This document shows positions 20,902 through 32,073 of a DNA stretch of 64,000 nucleotides, piece by piece. The stretch comes from an uncultured Phycisphaerales bacterium (GTDB taxonomy: Bacteria; Planctomycetota; Phycisphaerae; Tepidisphaerales; Tepidisphaeraceae), in NCBI GenBank assembly GCA_963758525.1, contig CAVWVQ010000003.1, positions 4,640,001-4,704,000 on the forward strand, written 5' to 3'. A program made the position numbers and the translations under genes. How positions within the stretch are numbered: position 1 is the stretch's first letter; every line of letters begins with the position of its first letter. Under the pieces are notes generated by a model that was not told the DNA's origin, made no database searches, and saw nothing but the letters and a program-made list of their open reading frames with translations.

Positions 20902-22344
20902 GGAAAGATATTTTTCAGCCGATGCCCCCATAGTCTGTTGGTCCCAGTTCAACTCCGAAGCCATCAGCAATGCCACGCGCTGAGCTGTTTGCTCTCCGCC
21001 GCATCGGCTCAGCGCCAGACCGATTCGGCGCCACATCACATCATCGACGCTCATTGCCATCTCATCGCGGCAGGCTCGCGGCACATCGCTTTCAAACACC
21101 TCTGGATGCTCGCACAGCAGCGGCCCGCTTCGATCGCGCGATCGCGCGGGAATCGGCTCGTACGCGGTCTCACATTTGGGAACCTTGCGGCCCAGGACCT
21201 GATACACCTCGTTTACCGTCTCTTCGGCAATCTTTCGATACGTCGTGTATTTGCCGCCCGCTACGGTGATGAAATTTGCGCCCTGGCGGAGAATACGATG
21301 TTCGCGCGAACGTGAGGACGGCTCTTTCGCATCGGCGGCGAGCAGGGGACGCACGCCCGCGAACATGGTGATCACTTCGTCATGCTTGACTTCGCGTTGC
21401 AAGGCGCAACTCATCTGTGATAACAGATAGTCGATGTCCTCCGCGGTCGCGCTTACTTCACCAGGATCGCCGGAATAGTCTGTATCGGTGGTCCCGACGA
21501 TGGAGCAGTCGTGCCAGGGGATGATGAACAAAATCCGGTGGTCCTGCGACTGAATTGCGATCGCGTGTTCCCTGGTTAATCCCGGCAGAAGCAGATGAAC
21601 GCCCTTGGTGGGGCTCAGCCGCAACGCAGTCGATGCATCGACTCCCCCCAGTGCCGCGACCCGCCCAACCCAAGGGCCGGCGGCATTGACCACCGCGTGC
21701 GCCGCGACTTTGATTTCGTTGCCAAGCAATTCATCGCGAAGGTGGATCCAGGCGATGCGTCCACCGCTGTGTTCCAACGCAATCACCCGGCAATAGTTGT
21801 TGCACCGCGCGCCCAGATCGGCGGCGTGGAGAATATTCTCGATGCAGAAACGCGCGTCGTCCTCAGCGCAATCATAATAGCGGATTGCGCCGCGCAGGCC
21901 GTCGGCACGCAGCGCCGGTTCGGCGTTGAGCGTTGCTTCGGGTGAGAGCGTGCGATGCGGGGCGGTATTGCGGTACAACGCCAGCAGATCGTAAAGCGTC
22001 ATGCCGATCCGCATCGTCAGGAGCGAGCGCGGACTGTCTTCATACACCGGCAGCAGAAACGGGACCGGCCGCACGAGGTGAGGCGCGATCCGCCGAAGGA
22101 TCGCCCGTTCGCGGCAAGATTCTGCGACCAGGTGAAAAGCATGTTGCTCAAGGTAGCGAAACCCTCCGTGGATCAGCTTGGAGGATCGGCTGGAGGTCCC
22201 GCTCGCGAAATCCCCCTGATCGACCAGGGCAACGCGCAGCCCGCGCAACGACGCGTCCCGCGCTATCCCCGCGCCGATAATTCCTCCGCCGATGACGAAC
22301 AGGTCGAAGGTTTCGCCGGCCAATGCCGCTGTATCGCGCCGCAT
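20848..22344 (-). CDS. glpD: FAD-dependent glycerol-3-phosphate dehydrogenase/oxidase
   Basis: VIGGGIIG, GTSSRSSKLIHGGFRYLE, VVNAAGPW, GTTD, AGVRPL, SREH and GGKYTTYR motifs. Confidence 0.85.
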   Translation of the reverse strand: MRRDTAALAGETFDLFVIGGGIIGAGIARDASLRGLRVALVDQGDFASGTSSRSSKLIHGGFRYLEQHAFHLVAESCRERAILRRIAPHLVRPVPFLLPVYEDSPRSLLTMRIGMTLYDLLALYRNTAPHRTLSPEATLNAEPALRADGLRGAIRYYDCAEDDARFCIENILHAADLGARCNNYCRVIALEHSGGRIAWIHLRDELLGNEIKVAAHAVVNAAGPWVGRVAALGGVDASTALRLSPTKGVHLLLPGLTREHAIAIQSQDHRILFIIPWHDCSIVGTTDTDYSGDPGEVSATAEDIDYLLSQMSCALQREVKHDEVITMFAGVRPLLAADAKEPSSRSREHRILRQGANFITVAGGKYTTYRKIAEETVNEVYQVLGRKVPKCETAYEPIPARSRDRSGPLLCEHPEVFESDVPRACRDEMAMSVDDVMWRRIGLALSRCGGEQTAQRVALLMASELNWDQQTMGASAEKYLSRGMVVPPMRTTPTRENF

Positions 22345-22469
22345 ATGAGCGGTGCATTCTACGCAATCGGTGGCATGTGCGTCCTGCCGATGCTGGCCGC
22401 GACAGACTTGAGAGAAATTTCGATAACAGGAGTTCTCAACTTATGTCGGAGCGTCGGTGCCGCGGCAAT

Positions 22470-22579
22470 GGTTAGCCGCGACGCGCAGCGGAGCGCGTGA
22501 TGGAACGAGAGACAGCGCGGTCTGACCGGGGTGACCCCCTCGCGACGAATACTCGCTCCGCTGCGCGTCGCGGCTAACC
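22470..22579. repeat. REP-like inverted pair (GGTTAGCCGCGACGCGCAGCGGAGCG)
   Basis: Unit at 22470 with its inverted copy ending at 22579; same family as 31827-32048. Confidence 0.85.
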
Positions 22580-22595
22580 GGGGATGCTGACGCAT

Positions 22596-23153
22596 TCACC
22601 CCTGCGTGGCCGGATCCTCCAGTGAACGCGTGGCAGCTTCCTGCGACGGCCGCGGCAACAAAACTTTTGGAGGAACATACCCTTCCATCCCCGGTTCCAG
22701 CCGAGGCCGTAAACGTCGCCAGCGGAGGATTTCTTCGGGAACGGGTCCGCCGCATCCGGGGCAGCGATCACCGACATCGCGAAGATCGCAGCCGCATTTG
22801 GGGCAGAGACGCGCTCCGATGCGGGCATCGCGTCGCAATTGCCGGGCGGAGAGTGCAGCGGCCGCCCCGCAGATGCCCGCAGTGACAATGATCGCGAAGA
22901 TCGGCCCGAACATCGACAGCGCCAAAGCGCCGAGCACCCAGAAGAGCACGAATCCGACCGCCGAGGCGTAGGTGAGCAGGGGATTGAGACCGGTGCCGGC
23001 CAGGCGGAAGTTTTTCGCGCGCTTCCCCGGCGATGACGCCGGAGCAGCATAGTTCAACATTGCGACGACTTCCGCGTCGGAAGGGCCGTCGTGGACCGTA
23101 GCGTCGGCGGGGGATGGAGGTTTCGAGAGGGCCATCACGTCAACCCGCGTCAC
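22596..23153 (-). CDS. Hypothetical membrane protein with two TM helices and a zinc ribbon (CPKCG...CPGCG)
   Basis: Two hydrophobic segments followed by two CxxC pairs; GTGA overlap with the pdxA stop. Confidence 0.6.
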   Translation of the reverse strand: MTRVDVMALSKPPSPADATVHDGPSDAEVVAMLNYAAPASSPGKRAKNFRLAGTGLNPLLTYASAVGFVLFWVLGALALSMFGPIFAIIVTAGICGAAAALSARQLRRDARIGARLCPKCGCDLRDVGDRCPGCGGPVPEEILRWRRLRPRLEPGMEGYVPPKVLLPRPSQEAATRSLEDPATQG

Positions 23154-24202
23154 CCCGGCTTGGCCGGCCCTTCCGTTGGTCGCGAGGCGGCTTCCTCGCG
23201 AGCATGCCGGCGTGTCGCGAGGTTGATCGCCAGATCGATGGCGGCGCGCATCGATCCGGGATTGGCGCGATTTTTTCCCACAATATCGAACGCGGTGCCA
23301 TGATCGGGGCTGGTCCGGATGATCGGCAGGCCGAGCGTCAGATTCACCGCCTGATCGAAGGCAAGGAGCTTGACCGGAATAAGGCCCTGGTCGTGATACA
23401 TGGCGACAACCGCATCAAATTCGCCGTCGCGAGCGCGGAGAAAAATCGTATCGCCCGGATACGGGCCCGTGACGTCAATTCCCTGATCGCGAGCCATGAG
23501 AATCGCGGGGGAGATGATCCGTTCTTCTTCGTCGCCAAACTGACCGTTTTCACTGGCGTGCGGATTGACGCCGCAGACAGCGATGCGCGGCTTAGGAGTG
23601 TCAAACCACTCGACCATCGCCTGATGCACCAGCTCAATCGGCTGGAAGACCGCGCCGATATTTAATCGGCCCCAAAGTCCCATGAGCGGAACATGCACCG
23701 TCGCGAGCACCACCTTGATCGGTCCGCCGGCGAACATCATCGCGTGCCGGCGGGCTCCCGTTCGCTCGGCCAGGAGTTCCGTATGTCCCGGATAATGGTA
23801 GCCGGCCAGCTTCCAGCTCTCCTTGGCGATTGGCGCGGTGACCACGGCATCGACGAGCTTTTGCTTGGCCGAATCGATCGCATCGACACAAAACCGCATC
23901 GATGCCTCGCCGCCCATTTTGCTGGGGCTGCGGATGGCCGAGCCAAGCATGCTGTACTGATCGTAGTCGACGACGACAACGTCATGTCCGTAGCTTCGCA
24001 GCCGGCCGTTGTACTGATTGCGCCACCAGAAGACGTCGAGTTCCGCGGTGTCGGCGGCGTAACTGAGCAATTCATTCATGCCGTAGATGATGTAGCGGGC
24101 GCGCAGCCGGAGCTGCGGATCGGAGAGCGCCTTGACGATGACCTCCGCGCCGATCCCGGCCGGGTCTCCCATGCTGATCGCGATGGTGGGTCGATAATCC
24201 AT
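23150..24202 (-). CDS. pdxA: 4-hydroxythreonine-4-phosphate dehydrogenase
   Basis: MGDPAGIGAE, VTAPI, GHTE, NPHASE, AMYHDQG and IRTSPDHGTAFDI motifs. Confidence 0.95.
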   Translation of the reverse strand: MDYRPTIAISMGDPAGIGAEVIVKALSDPQLRLRARYIIYGMNELLSYAADTAELDVFWWRNQYNGRLRSYGHDVVVVDYDQYSMLGSAIRSPSKMGGEASMRFCVDAIDSAKQKLVDAVVTAPIAKESWKLAGYHYPGHTELLAERTGARRHAMMFAGGPIKVVLATVHVPLMGLWGRLNIGAVFQPIELVHQAMVEWFDTPKPRIAVCGVNPHASENGQFGDEEERIISPAILMARDQGIDVTGPYPGDTIFLRARDGEFDAVVAMYHDQGLIPVKLLAFDQAVNLTLGLPIIRTSPDHGTAFDIVGKNRANPGSMRAAIDLAINLATRRHAREEAASRPTEGPAKPG

Positions 24203-24220
24203 TAAGCGAAGCCCTGACGG

Positions 24221-24350
24221 TTCAAAATCCGAACGACGAACCCTTTCGATTCAAAATCCGAATGACGAAACCCTCTCGATTTAAAACCCGAATGACGAAA
24301 CCCAAAATCAGAATCAAACCCGAATGACGAATGACCGAATGTCGAAACGA
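24221..24350. repeat. Degenerate ~30-bp tandem repeat (TTCAAAATCCGAATGACGAAACCC...)
   Basis: Units start at 24221, 24250 and 24280, followed by shorter CGAATGAC reiterations. Confidence 0.75.
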
Positions 24351-24387
24351 TAGCCACAAGTCACTCGTTGCTCGCCTATCTCTTCCC

Positions 24388-24422
24388 TTCGTGCCTTCGT
24401 GCCTTCGTGCCTCCGTGCCTTC
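24388..24422. repeat. 8-bp tandem repeat, about (TTCGTGCC)4
   Basis: TTCGTGCCTTCGTGCCTTCGTGCCTCCGTGCCTTC. Confidence 0.8.
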
Positions 24423-24436
24423 CCAATATTTTCGGC

Positions 24437-25027
24437 CTATTTGTGCTGGCGTTCAAGCCAGGAAATCACGGTCTTGCTGAGGATGTCACATTCGAGGTTG
24501 AACGGCCATCCGATCGGACGCCGAGCCAGCGTGGTCAACTGCACAGTCGTCGGGATCAGCGCAACCTCGAAGACGTTTCCTTCGACCGCGGCGACGGTCA
24601 AGCTTACGCCGTCGAGGGTGACCGATCCTTTGGGCATGACATATTTTGCCAAATCCGCGCTGCATTCAAGCTTCAGCCGCCATTCGGCGTCGTTGGCTCG
24701 CAAGTCAGCGAGCCGGGCCGTGCCGTCGACGTGGCCCTGCACGAAGTGGCCATCGAGACGATCCCCGATTCGCAGCGAGCGTTCAACATGGACATCATCG
24801 CCGGCTTTGAGCAACCCGAGATTCGTGCGGGAGAGCGTTTCCTGAATCACGTCGAAGCCGACCTCTCCGGCCGGGCGGTCAGCGACAGTGAGGCAGACGC
24901 CGTTCACGGCGACGCTCTCGCCGTCGCGCAGATCCGATGAATCCAGCGCCAGAGTAAGCCGAATGAACCTGGGCCCGGCTGCGACGCCGACAACCCGTAC
25001 CGTTTTTTCCACGATCCCGGTGAACAT
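24437..25027 (-). CDS. ribE: Riboflavin synthase (alpha chain)
   Basis: [38 protein letters not shown] and LIPTT motifs. Confidence 0.95.
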   Translation of the reverse strand: MFTGIVEKTVRVVGVAAGPRFIRLTLALDSSDLRDGESVAVNGVCLTVADRPAGEVGFDVIQETLSRTNLGLLKAGDDVHVERSLRIGDRLDGHFVQGHVDGTARLADLRANDAEWRLKLECSADLAKYVMPKGSVTLDGVSLTVAAVEGNVFEVALIPTTVQLTTLARRPIGWPFNLECDILSKTVISWLERQHK

Positions 25028-25303
25028 GGCAACTACACTTTAAGCACAATCCGGCGGGGAGGCGAACCGCTTCTGTCGGGCTTCGTCACCTACACCGGTT
25101 TGCGAAGGGACGATGGTGCCGACGTTCTCGCGCAATCTCGCATCGCAGCATTCGGCGGCCTTGGGCGGCACCGCGCTAAGTACCGAAGCTGCGATGGATT
25201 TTCGCCCGTTCGGCGATCAAAATGCGCACGGCATAGGATAGCCTTTGTTGTCACGATCGGTGCCGCCGCCAAGGATGGCTGCATCGAGCTCAAAGGAGAT
25301 TGC

Positions 25304-26419
25304 ATGAGCGCCGTTCGGCTTCTCATCGGCACGCGCAAGGGCGCGTTTATTTTGACTTCAGACGCTGCGCGACAGCGCTGGAACGTCGATGGTCCGCACT
25401 TTGGCGGGTGGGAGATCTACCACGTCAAGGGGTCGCCGGCTGATCCAGACCGGCTCTTTGCCTCGCAATCCAGCGGCTGGTTTGGGCAGGTCATCCAGCG
25501 TTCCGATGACGGGGGCAAAAGTTGGAACGCCGCCGGCAACAAGTTTGTGTATGAGGGGATCGCCGGTACGCACCAATGGTACGATGGCACGCCCCACCCC
25601 TGGGAATTCAAGCGCGTCTGGCACCTGGAACCTTCGCTGGCCGATCCCGACAGCGTGTACGCCGGCGTCGAAGACGCGGCGCTCTTCCTCTCCACCGACG
25701 GTGCGCAGACCTGGCAGGAAGTTGCGGGCCTGCGTCGGCACGGTTCGGGGGCACGCTGGCAGCCTGGGGCCGGAGGGATGTGCCTGCATACCATTCTGCT
25801 GGACCCGAACAACCCGGCACGCATGTTCATCGCGATCTCCGCCGCGGGGGCTTTTCGCACTGACGACGCGGGGCAACACTGGACCCCGATCAACCGGGGG
25901 CTGCGCTCCGAGCATATTCCCGATCCGGTTGCCGAAGTCGGGCATTGCGTTCACAAGATCGCCATGCACCCGTCGCGGCCTGATGTGCTCTTCATGCAGA
26001 AGCACTGGGACGTGATGCGCAGCGACAATGCCGGCGATTCCTGGCATGAGGTCAGTGGCAATCTCCCGACCGATTTCGGCTTTGCCATCGATGTTCACGC
26101 CAACGAACCCCAGACGATATACGTCGTGCCGATCAAGAGTGACAGCGAGCATTACCCGCCGGATGGGAAGCTGCGCGTCTACCGCAGCCGCGCCGGCGGC
26201 AACGAATGGGAAGCGCTGACCCGCGGCCTGCCGCAGCAGGACTGCTACGTAAACGTGCTGCGCGACGCCATGTCCGTCGACCAATTGGATCCGTGCGGGA
26301 TCTATTTCGGCACCACCGGGGGTCAGGTGTACGGTTCGCCCGACGGCGGTGAGAACTGGTCGCCGATCGTCCGCGATCTGCCCGCGGTTCTTTCGGTGGA
26401 GGCGCAAACCCTGCCATGA
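25304..26419 (+). CDS. BNR/Asp-box beta-propeller protein (sialidase-like)
   Basis: Repeated Asp-boxes ([44 protein letters not shown]); GGAG upstream; no signal peptide. Confidence 0.88.
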   Translation: MSAVRLLIGTRKGAFILTSDAARQRWNVDGPHFGGWEIYHVKGSPADPDRLFASQSSGWFGQVIQRSDDGGKSWNAAGNKFVYEGIAGTHQWYDGTPHPWEFKRVWHLEPSLADPDSVYAGVEDAALFLSTDGAQTWQEVAGLRRHGSGARWQPGAGGMCLHTILLDPNNPARMFIAISAAGAFRTDDAGQHWTPINRGLRSEHIPDPVAEVGHCVHKIAMHPSRPDVLFMQKHWDVMRSDNAGDSWHEVSGNLPTDFGFAIDVHANEPQTIYVVPIKSDSEHYPPDGKLRVYRSRAGGNEWEALTRGLPQQDCYVNVLRDAMSVDQLDPCGIYFGTTGGQVYGSPDGGENWSPIVRDLPAVLSVEAQTLP

Positions 26420-26712
26420 TTCGCGTCGTGCTCCCGCCGCATCTGCAGACGCTGGCGCAAGTCGGCCGGGAGGTGCGCATCGAAGTCGCCGAGCCCGTGA
26501 CGCAGCGAACCATTCTGGACGCTCTTGAGAACGCCTACCCGGTGCTGCGCGGAACGATCCGGGACCACGTCACCTTAAAGCGCCGCCCGCTCCTGCGGTT
26601 CTTCGTTTGCGAGGAAGACATCTCTCATGACCCGGTCGATGCGCCGCTGCCTGACGCGGTCTCATCGGGAGTGGAAGCGTTCTATATCATCGGAGCGATC
26701 GTTGGGGGGTAG
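26416..26712 (+). CDS. MoaD/ThiS-family ubiquitin-like protein
   Basis: 98 aa ending in AIVGG; ATGA overlap with the propeller gene. Confidence 0.88.
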   Translation: MIRVVLPPHLQTLAQVGREVRIEVAEPVTQRTILDALENAYPVLRGTIRDHVTLKRRPLLRFFVCEEDISHDPVDAPLPDAVSSGVEAFYIIGAIVGG

Positions 26713-26766
26713 CCGCTGCGCGAAGCGTTGTGAATTTGCTCCCCGCGTGCGCAGCACTCCAAATTC

Positions 26767-26870
26767 GTTAGCCGCCTCGCTTGCGAGCGCGTCTAATGGC
26801 GCGATTTTACGAGCGGGGCAGTTCGAAATAGATGCGCCGTTAGAGGCGCCTCGCAAGCGAGGCGGCTAAC
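26767..26870. repeat. REP-like long inverted repeat between convergent genes
   Basis: GTTAGCCGCCTCGCTTGCGAG...CTCGCAAGCGAGGCGGCTAAC; pairing continues inward (GCGTCTAATGGCGC / GCGCCGTTAGAGGC). Confidence 0.82.
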
Positions 26871-26939
26871 CAAAGGATTCGGAGTGCTGCGCACGCAGTG
26901 AGACTGCGCCCGCACGCATGTCTCAATTGCAATCCGGAA

Positions 26940-28125
<1,186 letters not shown>

Positions 28126-28458
28126 GGGGCGGGATTATAATACAGCCGCTGAAGACACCAAGGCGCGGGGGAATTATTCAATACAGTTTGCGGTTTCGTC
28201 GATAGATGCATCAGGCTGTGGGTCTCCGACCAGTGGTCGGGCAGCCTGTCGATGAGACCGGTGTTACGGCGAGCACCGGTCTCTTTTTGCGCACAGCCGA
28301 TGCCTATTACGCAACCTTTGGGCGGAGGGCCGCGCACAAAGTCCGAATGTCGAAGCTCGAATCCTCGAACGTCATTCGAGCTTCATCATTCGAAATTGAC
28401 GATTGATCGTTCGAGTTTCGCATCCGAACTTTCCCCCGCCCGATGCTACCATCTGTCC

Positions 28459-29175
28459 ATGGAAACCAGTTCTGACCTCGAGGCTTTCGAGCAACTGTCC
28501 CGCAATCGGCGGGCGGTCCGCAACTTTCGACCCGATCCTGTACCTGAGGACTTGCTCAACCGCCTGATCGACATCGCCCGCTGGGCGCCCAGTGGCTACA
28601 ACCTGCAGCCGACGCATTTCGTCATCGTCACTGATCCGAAAGTCCGTGCCCGCCTTCGGCCGGCCTGCATGAACCAACGGCAAGTCACCGACGCTCCCGT
28701 CGTTCTCGTTTTAGCGGGCGATGGTGATGTAGTTCGCAATAATTTCGACGCGGCGCTGGCCGCCGATCGCACGGCCGGCGCGGTCAGCGCGGAATATGAA
28801 ACCCTTTTGCGCTCCGTTGTTCCCCTGGCCTTCAGCCAGGGACCGCTGGGACTCGGCTGGCTCTGGAAATCAACCTTGATTCCCGTCGCTCGCATCTTTC
28901 GGCCGATCCCAAGTCTTCCCGCGGTCAACAAACGATTCTGGGCGACCAAGCAGGTGATGCTCGTTGCGATGAACCTGATGCTCGCCGCGTCGGCGGCGGG
29001 CCTGGCGACGCTTCCAATGGAGGGGTTCGACGAGTCGCGGGTTCGGCGGGTTCTGCGAATTCCGCGGAGTCAGGTCGTGCCGGTCGTTATTGCGATGGGA
29101 TATCCGCTGCCCGGGCCGGCGCTGGCGAAGAGCCGGTTGCCGTTGGATCGGCTGGTGCATCGGGAAACGTGGTGA
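28459..29175 (+). CDS. Nitroreductase family protein
   Basis: RRAVRNF, APSGYNLQP and NLMLAASAAGLATLPMEGFD motifs. Confidence 0.92.
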   Translation: METSSDLEAFEQLSRNRRAVRNFRPDPVPEDLLNRLIDIARWAPSGYNLQPTHFVIVTDPKVRARLRPACMNQRQVTDAPVVLVLAGDGDVVRNNFDAALAADRTAGAVSAEYETLLRSVVPLAFSQGPLGLGWLWKSTLIPVARIFRPIPSLPAVNKRFWATKQVMLVAMNLMLAASAAGLATLPMEGFDESRVRRVLRIPRSQVVPVVIAMGYPLPGPALAKSRLPLDRLVHRETW

Positions 29176-29216
29176 GCGATTAACGCAGTTAGACCTTGCC
29201 TGAGCGGATAAACGTG

Positions 29217-30368
29217 TCATTGCTCGGGGACGCATCGCAGCAGCGTCATGATCGCGAAAGCCGTTCCGTAGGGCTTGTGGTAATCCCACATCGCGTAGTC
29301 CCACCACGATCCGTCGTCTTCCTGGTGCGGAACGATTACCGCCGCCAGTTTCGCGGCATATTCGGCGCGCTTCTCCGCGGGAAGATCCGCCAGGAGCCGC
29401 GCGGCGTAGTAATGGTCGAAATAGTAGTAATACCCCGAAGTCTGATACCACGACTCGTGCGGATAGGGGCGCTTTCGGCCCATCTCCAGATAAATGTGAT
29501 TCGTAAAGAACGCGTCCAGCCCGGCGATGATTTGAGGCACGGTCGCGCCGGCGGGATCCCACAGGTGAATTGCGAAATGTGCCGGCTGAGTCCGTCCCAC
29601 CGCGCCGCGACTCAGATTCGCGGGCAGACGCGGGACATATCGGTAGTCCGAGCCATAGAGGAACGCTGCGTCGGAAATTCGCATTTCCTCCAGCCGATGG
29701 AGCGAGAGGTCGACAAGCCGTTGCGGGACGTCCAGCCTCGCTTGGCGAGCCTCATATAGCGCGACGAGCCCCGCGGCGGTGCCGAAGCTGGTGGGACCCA
29801 TCGAGACGAGCTGCGTCTGGGCGTGAAAATCGTAGTAGGCCCAGCCACCCTCGTAGGTGGCATATTCCACCAGATGGCGGATATTTCTCTCCGCGACTTC
29901 GACGACCCGCGGATCGGGATGGTCCTGATGCAGCAACTCCTCCGCCATTGCCTGGGTGACGAAGATATGCGCCCAGGTGTTGTAGATGAGCATCCCATCG
30001 TCGCGGCGGGCGTCCGATTCGTGCAGCAAATACTGCAGCGCACGATCGTGGGCGGCGTGCTCGCCCGCCTCGCGGAGCGCCATCAAACACAGGGCAGTGG
30101 TCCCAAGTCGAAACGCGGCGTGCGAGCCGGGAACCATCGAATCCACTTCGTTGCCCGCGCTGACGGTGCCGGTGCCCCAGCACCCCTCGGCAGTCTGACT
30201 GCTTTCGAGAAACTTAACGCCGCGCACGATGGCCGCGCCGATCGAGTCGCGCGAAAGCACGGCGGGCTGCGTGGCCGCAACTTCACCGAAACACGCAACC
30301 GGCCGGACAGCGAGAAAAAGAGCGATCACTCCCGCAACGCGACACAAGGCGGACGGGGTTCCCCACAT
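29217..30368 (-). CDS. Exported protein with prenyltransferase/squalene-cyclase-like (QW) repeats
   Basis: Signal-like N-terminus; AIVRGVKFLESSQTAEGCW and QEDDGSWW...YGTAFAIMTL motifs. Confidence 0.65.
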   Translation of the reverse strand: MWGTPSALCRVAGVIALFLAVRPVACFGEVAATQPAVLSRDSIGAAIVRGVKFLESSQTAEGCWGTGTVSAGNEVDSMVPGSHAAFRLGTTALCLMALREAGEHAAHDRALQYLLHESDARRDDGMLIYNTWAHIFVTQAMAEELLHQDHPDPRVVEVAERNIRHLVEYATYEGGWAYYDFHAQTQLVSMGPTSFGTAAGLVALYEARQARLDVPQRLVDLSLHRLEEMRISDAAFLYGSDYRYVPRLPANLSRGAVGRTQPAHFAIHLWDPAGATVPQIIAGLDAFFTNHIYLEMGRKRPYPHESWYQTSGYYYYFDHYYAARLLADLPAEKRAEYAAKLAAVIVPHQEDDGSWWDYAMWDYHKPYGTAFAIMTLLRCVPEQ

Positions 30369-30508
30369 CCTGCACGGAAGCGTCAGAGATATGCGGTTCT
30401 TGCGGGCGCGACGTTGCGACCGAAAGTCGCTTCCTGAGTCGGGCCTTATCCTGAGTAGCAGGGGAGGGGAAACTGGGTATTCAAAACTGTCCTGCACCCT
30501 GACACCGT

Positions 30509-31789
30509 TTATGGCTTGGAATTGGAATCGGAATTTCCGTCGCCAGCGAGATCGATCTGCACTTTCACCCGACTGCCGGGCCCCAGCCGAGGATCAATAT
30601 CATGAATCGCGATGGTCTGCGCGTACATCGGCCCGTTTTGCCCGGCCGAGGGGATGCGCACCGCAGGCTCGCAGACGCCGTGCAATTGAATATCCGGAAA
30701 GGCTTCGGACCGCACGATTGCGGCAACGCCCGGGCGCAGCTTCGCGAATTTCGCTTCCGGCAAATCAACGCGCGCTTCCAGCTTGCCGGGCGAATAGAGC
30801 GTCATCAGCACCTGCTGCGGTCCCACTTTCTCGCCGATTCGCAACGACTTGGGATCAGCTTGGAATGCGCCCTGCGTAAAAGGGCCGTACGCAACCGTGC
30901 CGTCCGTCGGAGCGCGGACGGTCAGTGACTCGGCGTCGGCCGCCAGGTCGGCGACCTTGCGCCGTGCGTCGTCCAATGCCGCCTGCGACGTCACCAACGC
31001 CGCCTTGCGGAGAATTTCGCCCTGAGCCTGAGCGAGTTGCAGTTGCCGCAGCGAAAGATGCGCTGACGTCTGCCCGTCAATCGGCTTCTGCCTGGCGATC
31101 GGGTACTCATAGGTCTTGAATTTGTCAGCTTGCGCCCGCGTCATTGCAAGCCGGGCCTGGCTCACCTCGAGCGTGCGCAGCGCCCGCTTGACGACGATGT
31201 CCGCCGTGGCGTTGGTCAGCTCCTCGCTCTTGTACATTTTTTTGAGTTGATTGAGCTCGTCCTGCTCATCGTCGACCTGCGCCTGGGTTTCCTTCACGCC
31301 AAGCTGCGTCTGTTGGAGCATCTGCGGGCCGTCCACCGTCTCCCACCACTTCACGGCGTCGTCCGCCTGCCGCACCGAGTCCTGCTCTTGGCGCATCGCG
31401 AGCGCATCTGACTCGGCGGCGAGCTTCGCCTCTGCGTCGGCATGATCGGCGTTTGCCTGCGCCACGGTCAGCTCATTCCTGGCGGCGGATAACTGACGAT
31501 TCAGCGGCTCGGCATCGAGCTGCAGGAGGACATCGCCGCTCTTGACGGATGATCCGTTGGCCGCTGCCGCGACAATCGTCAGCTCGCCCGAATACGCCTT
31601 GGGACGAATGCGCACCTCGAACGGATCGACCGGCTGCAGATACCCTTCTGCATCAACAGTTGAAGCGGATTCGGCGCCCTGCGTAGCGGGCTCCGATGCC
31701 GATTGAGTCGAAGGCTCGGCCTTGCGCATCGGCATCGCTGCGCAGGAAGTCAACATTACGATCCCAAGAGTCCCGATCAAGATTTTCAT
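30509..31789 (-). CDS. HlyD-family periplasmic adaptor (membrane fusion) lipoprotein
   Basis: Lipobox-like MLTSC, VKSGDVLLQLD lipoyl half-motif, long coiled coil, TVRAPTDGTV and LGPGSRVKV. Confidence 0.8.
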   Translation of the reverse strand: MKILIGTLGIVMLTSCAAMPMRKAEPSTQSASEPATQGAESASTVDAEGYLQPVDPFEVRIRPKAYSGELTIVAAAANGSSVKSGDVLLQLDAEPLNRQLSAARNELTVAQANADHADAEAKLAAESDALAMRQEQDSVRQADDAVKWWETVDGPQMLQQTQLGVKETQAQVDDEQDELNQLKKMYKSEELTNATADIVVKRALRTLEVSQARLAMTRAQADKFKTYEYPIARQKPIDGQTSAHLSLRQLQLAQAQGEILRKAALVTSQAALDDARRKVADLAADAESLTVRAPTDGTVAYGPFTQGAFQADPKSLRIGEKVGPQQVLMTLYSPGKLEARVDLPEAKFAKLRPGVAAIVRSEAFPDIQLHGVCEPAVRIPSAGQNGPMYAQTIAIHDIDPRLGPGSRVKVQIDLAGDGNSDSNSKP

Positions 31790-31826
31790 CGTGATGCTGC
31801 CGTTTGCATTGTTGCACCAGGTGCCA

Positions 31827-32048
31827 TGGTCCCGCGCAGGTTAGCCGCGACGCGGAGCGGAGCGCGTATCGTGGGATTGCGCGTGATCACTTGCGCCATC
31901 TCTCCTTTGAATACTCGCTCCGCTGCGCGTCTGGTCCCGCGCAGGTTAGCCGCGACGCGGAGCGGAGCGCGTATTCGTGGGGTTGCGCGCGTGATCACTT
32001 GCGCCATCTCGAGTCCGAATACTCGCTCCGCTGCGCGTCGCGGCTAAC
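31827..32048. repeat. Tandem duplication (~105-bp period) of a GGTTAGCCGCGACGCG REP-pair element
   Basis: TGGTCCCGCGCAGGTTAGCCGCGACGCGGAGCGGAGCG starts at 31827 and 31932; each copy ends with the inverted unit. Confidence 0.85.
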
Positions 32049-32073
32049 CCGATACGATCAGTCGCAGCGTGCT

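Noticed and set aside
24221..24350. Possible CRISPR array (~30-bp units)
   Set aside because: Units are contiguous and degenerate with no unique spacers.
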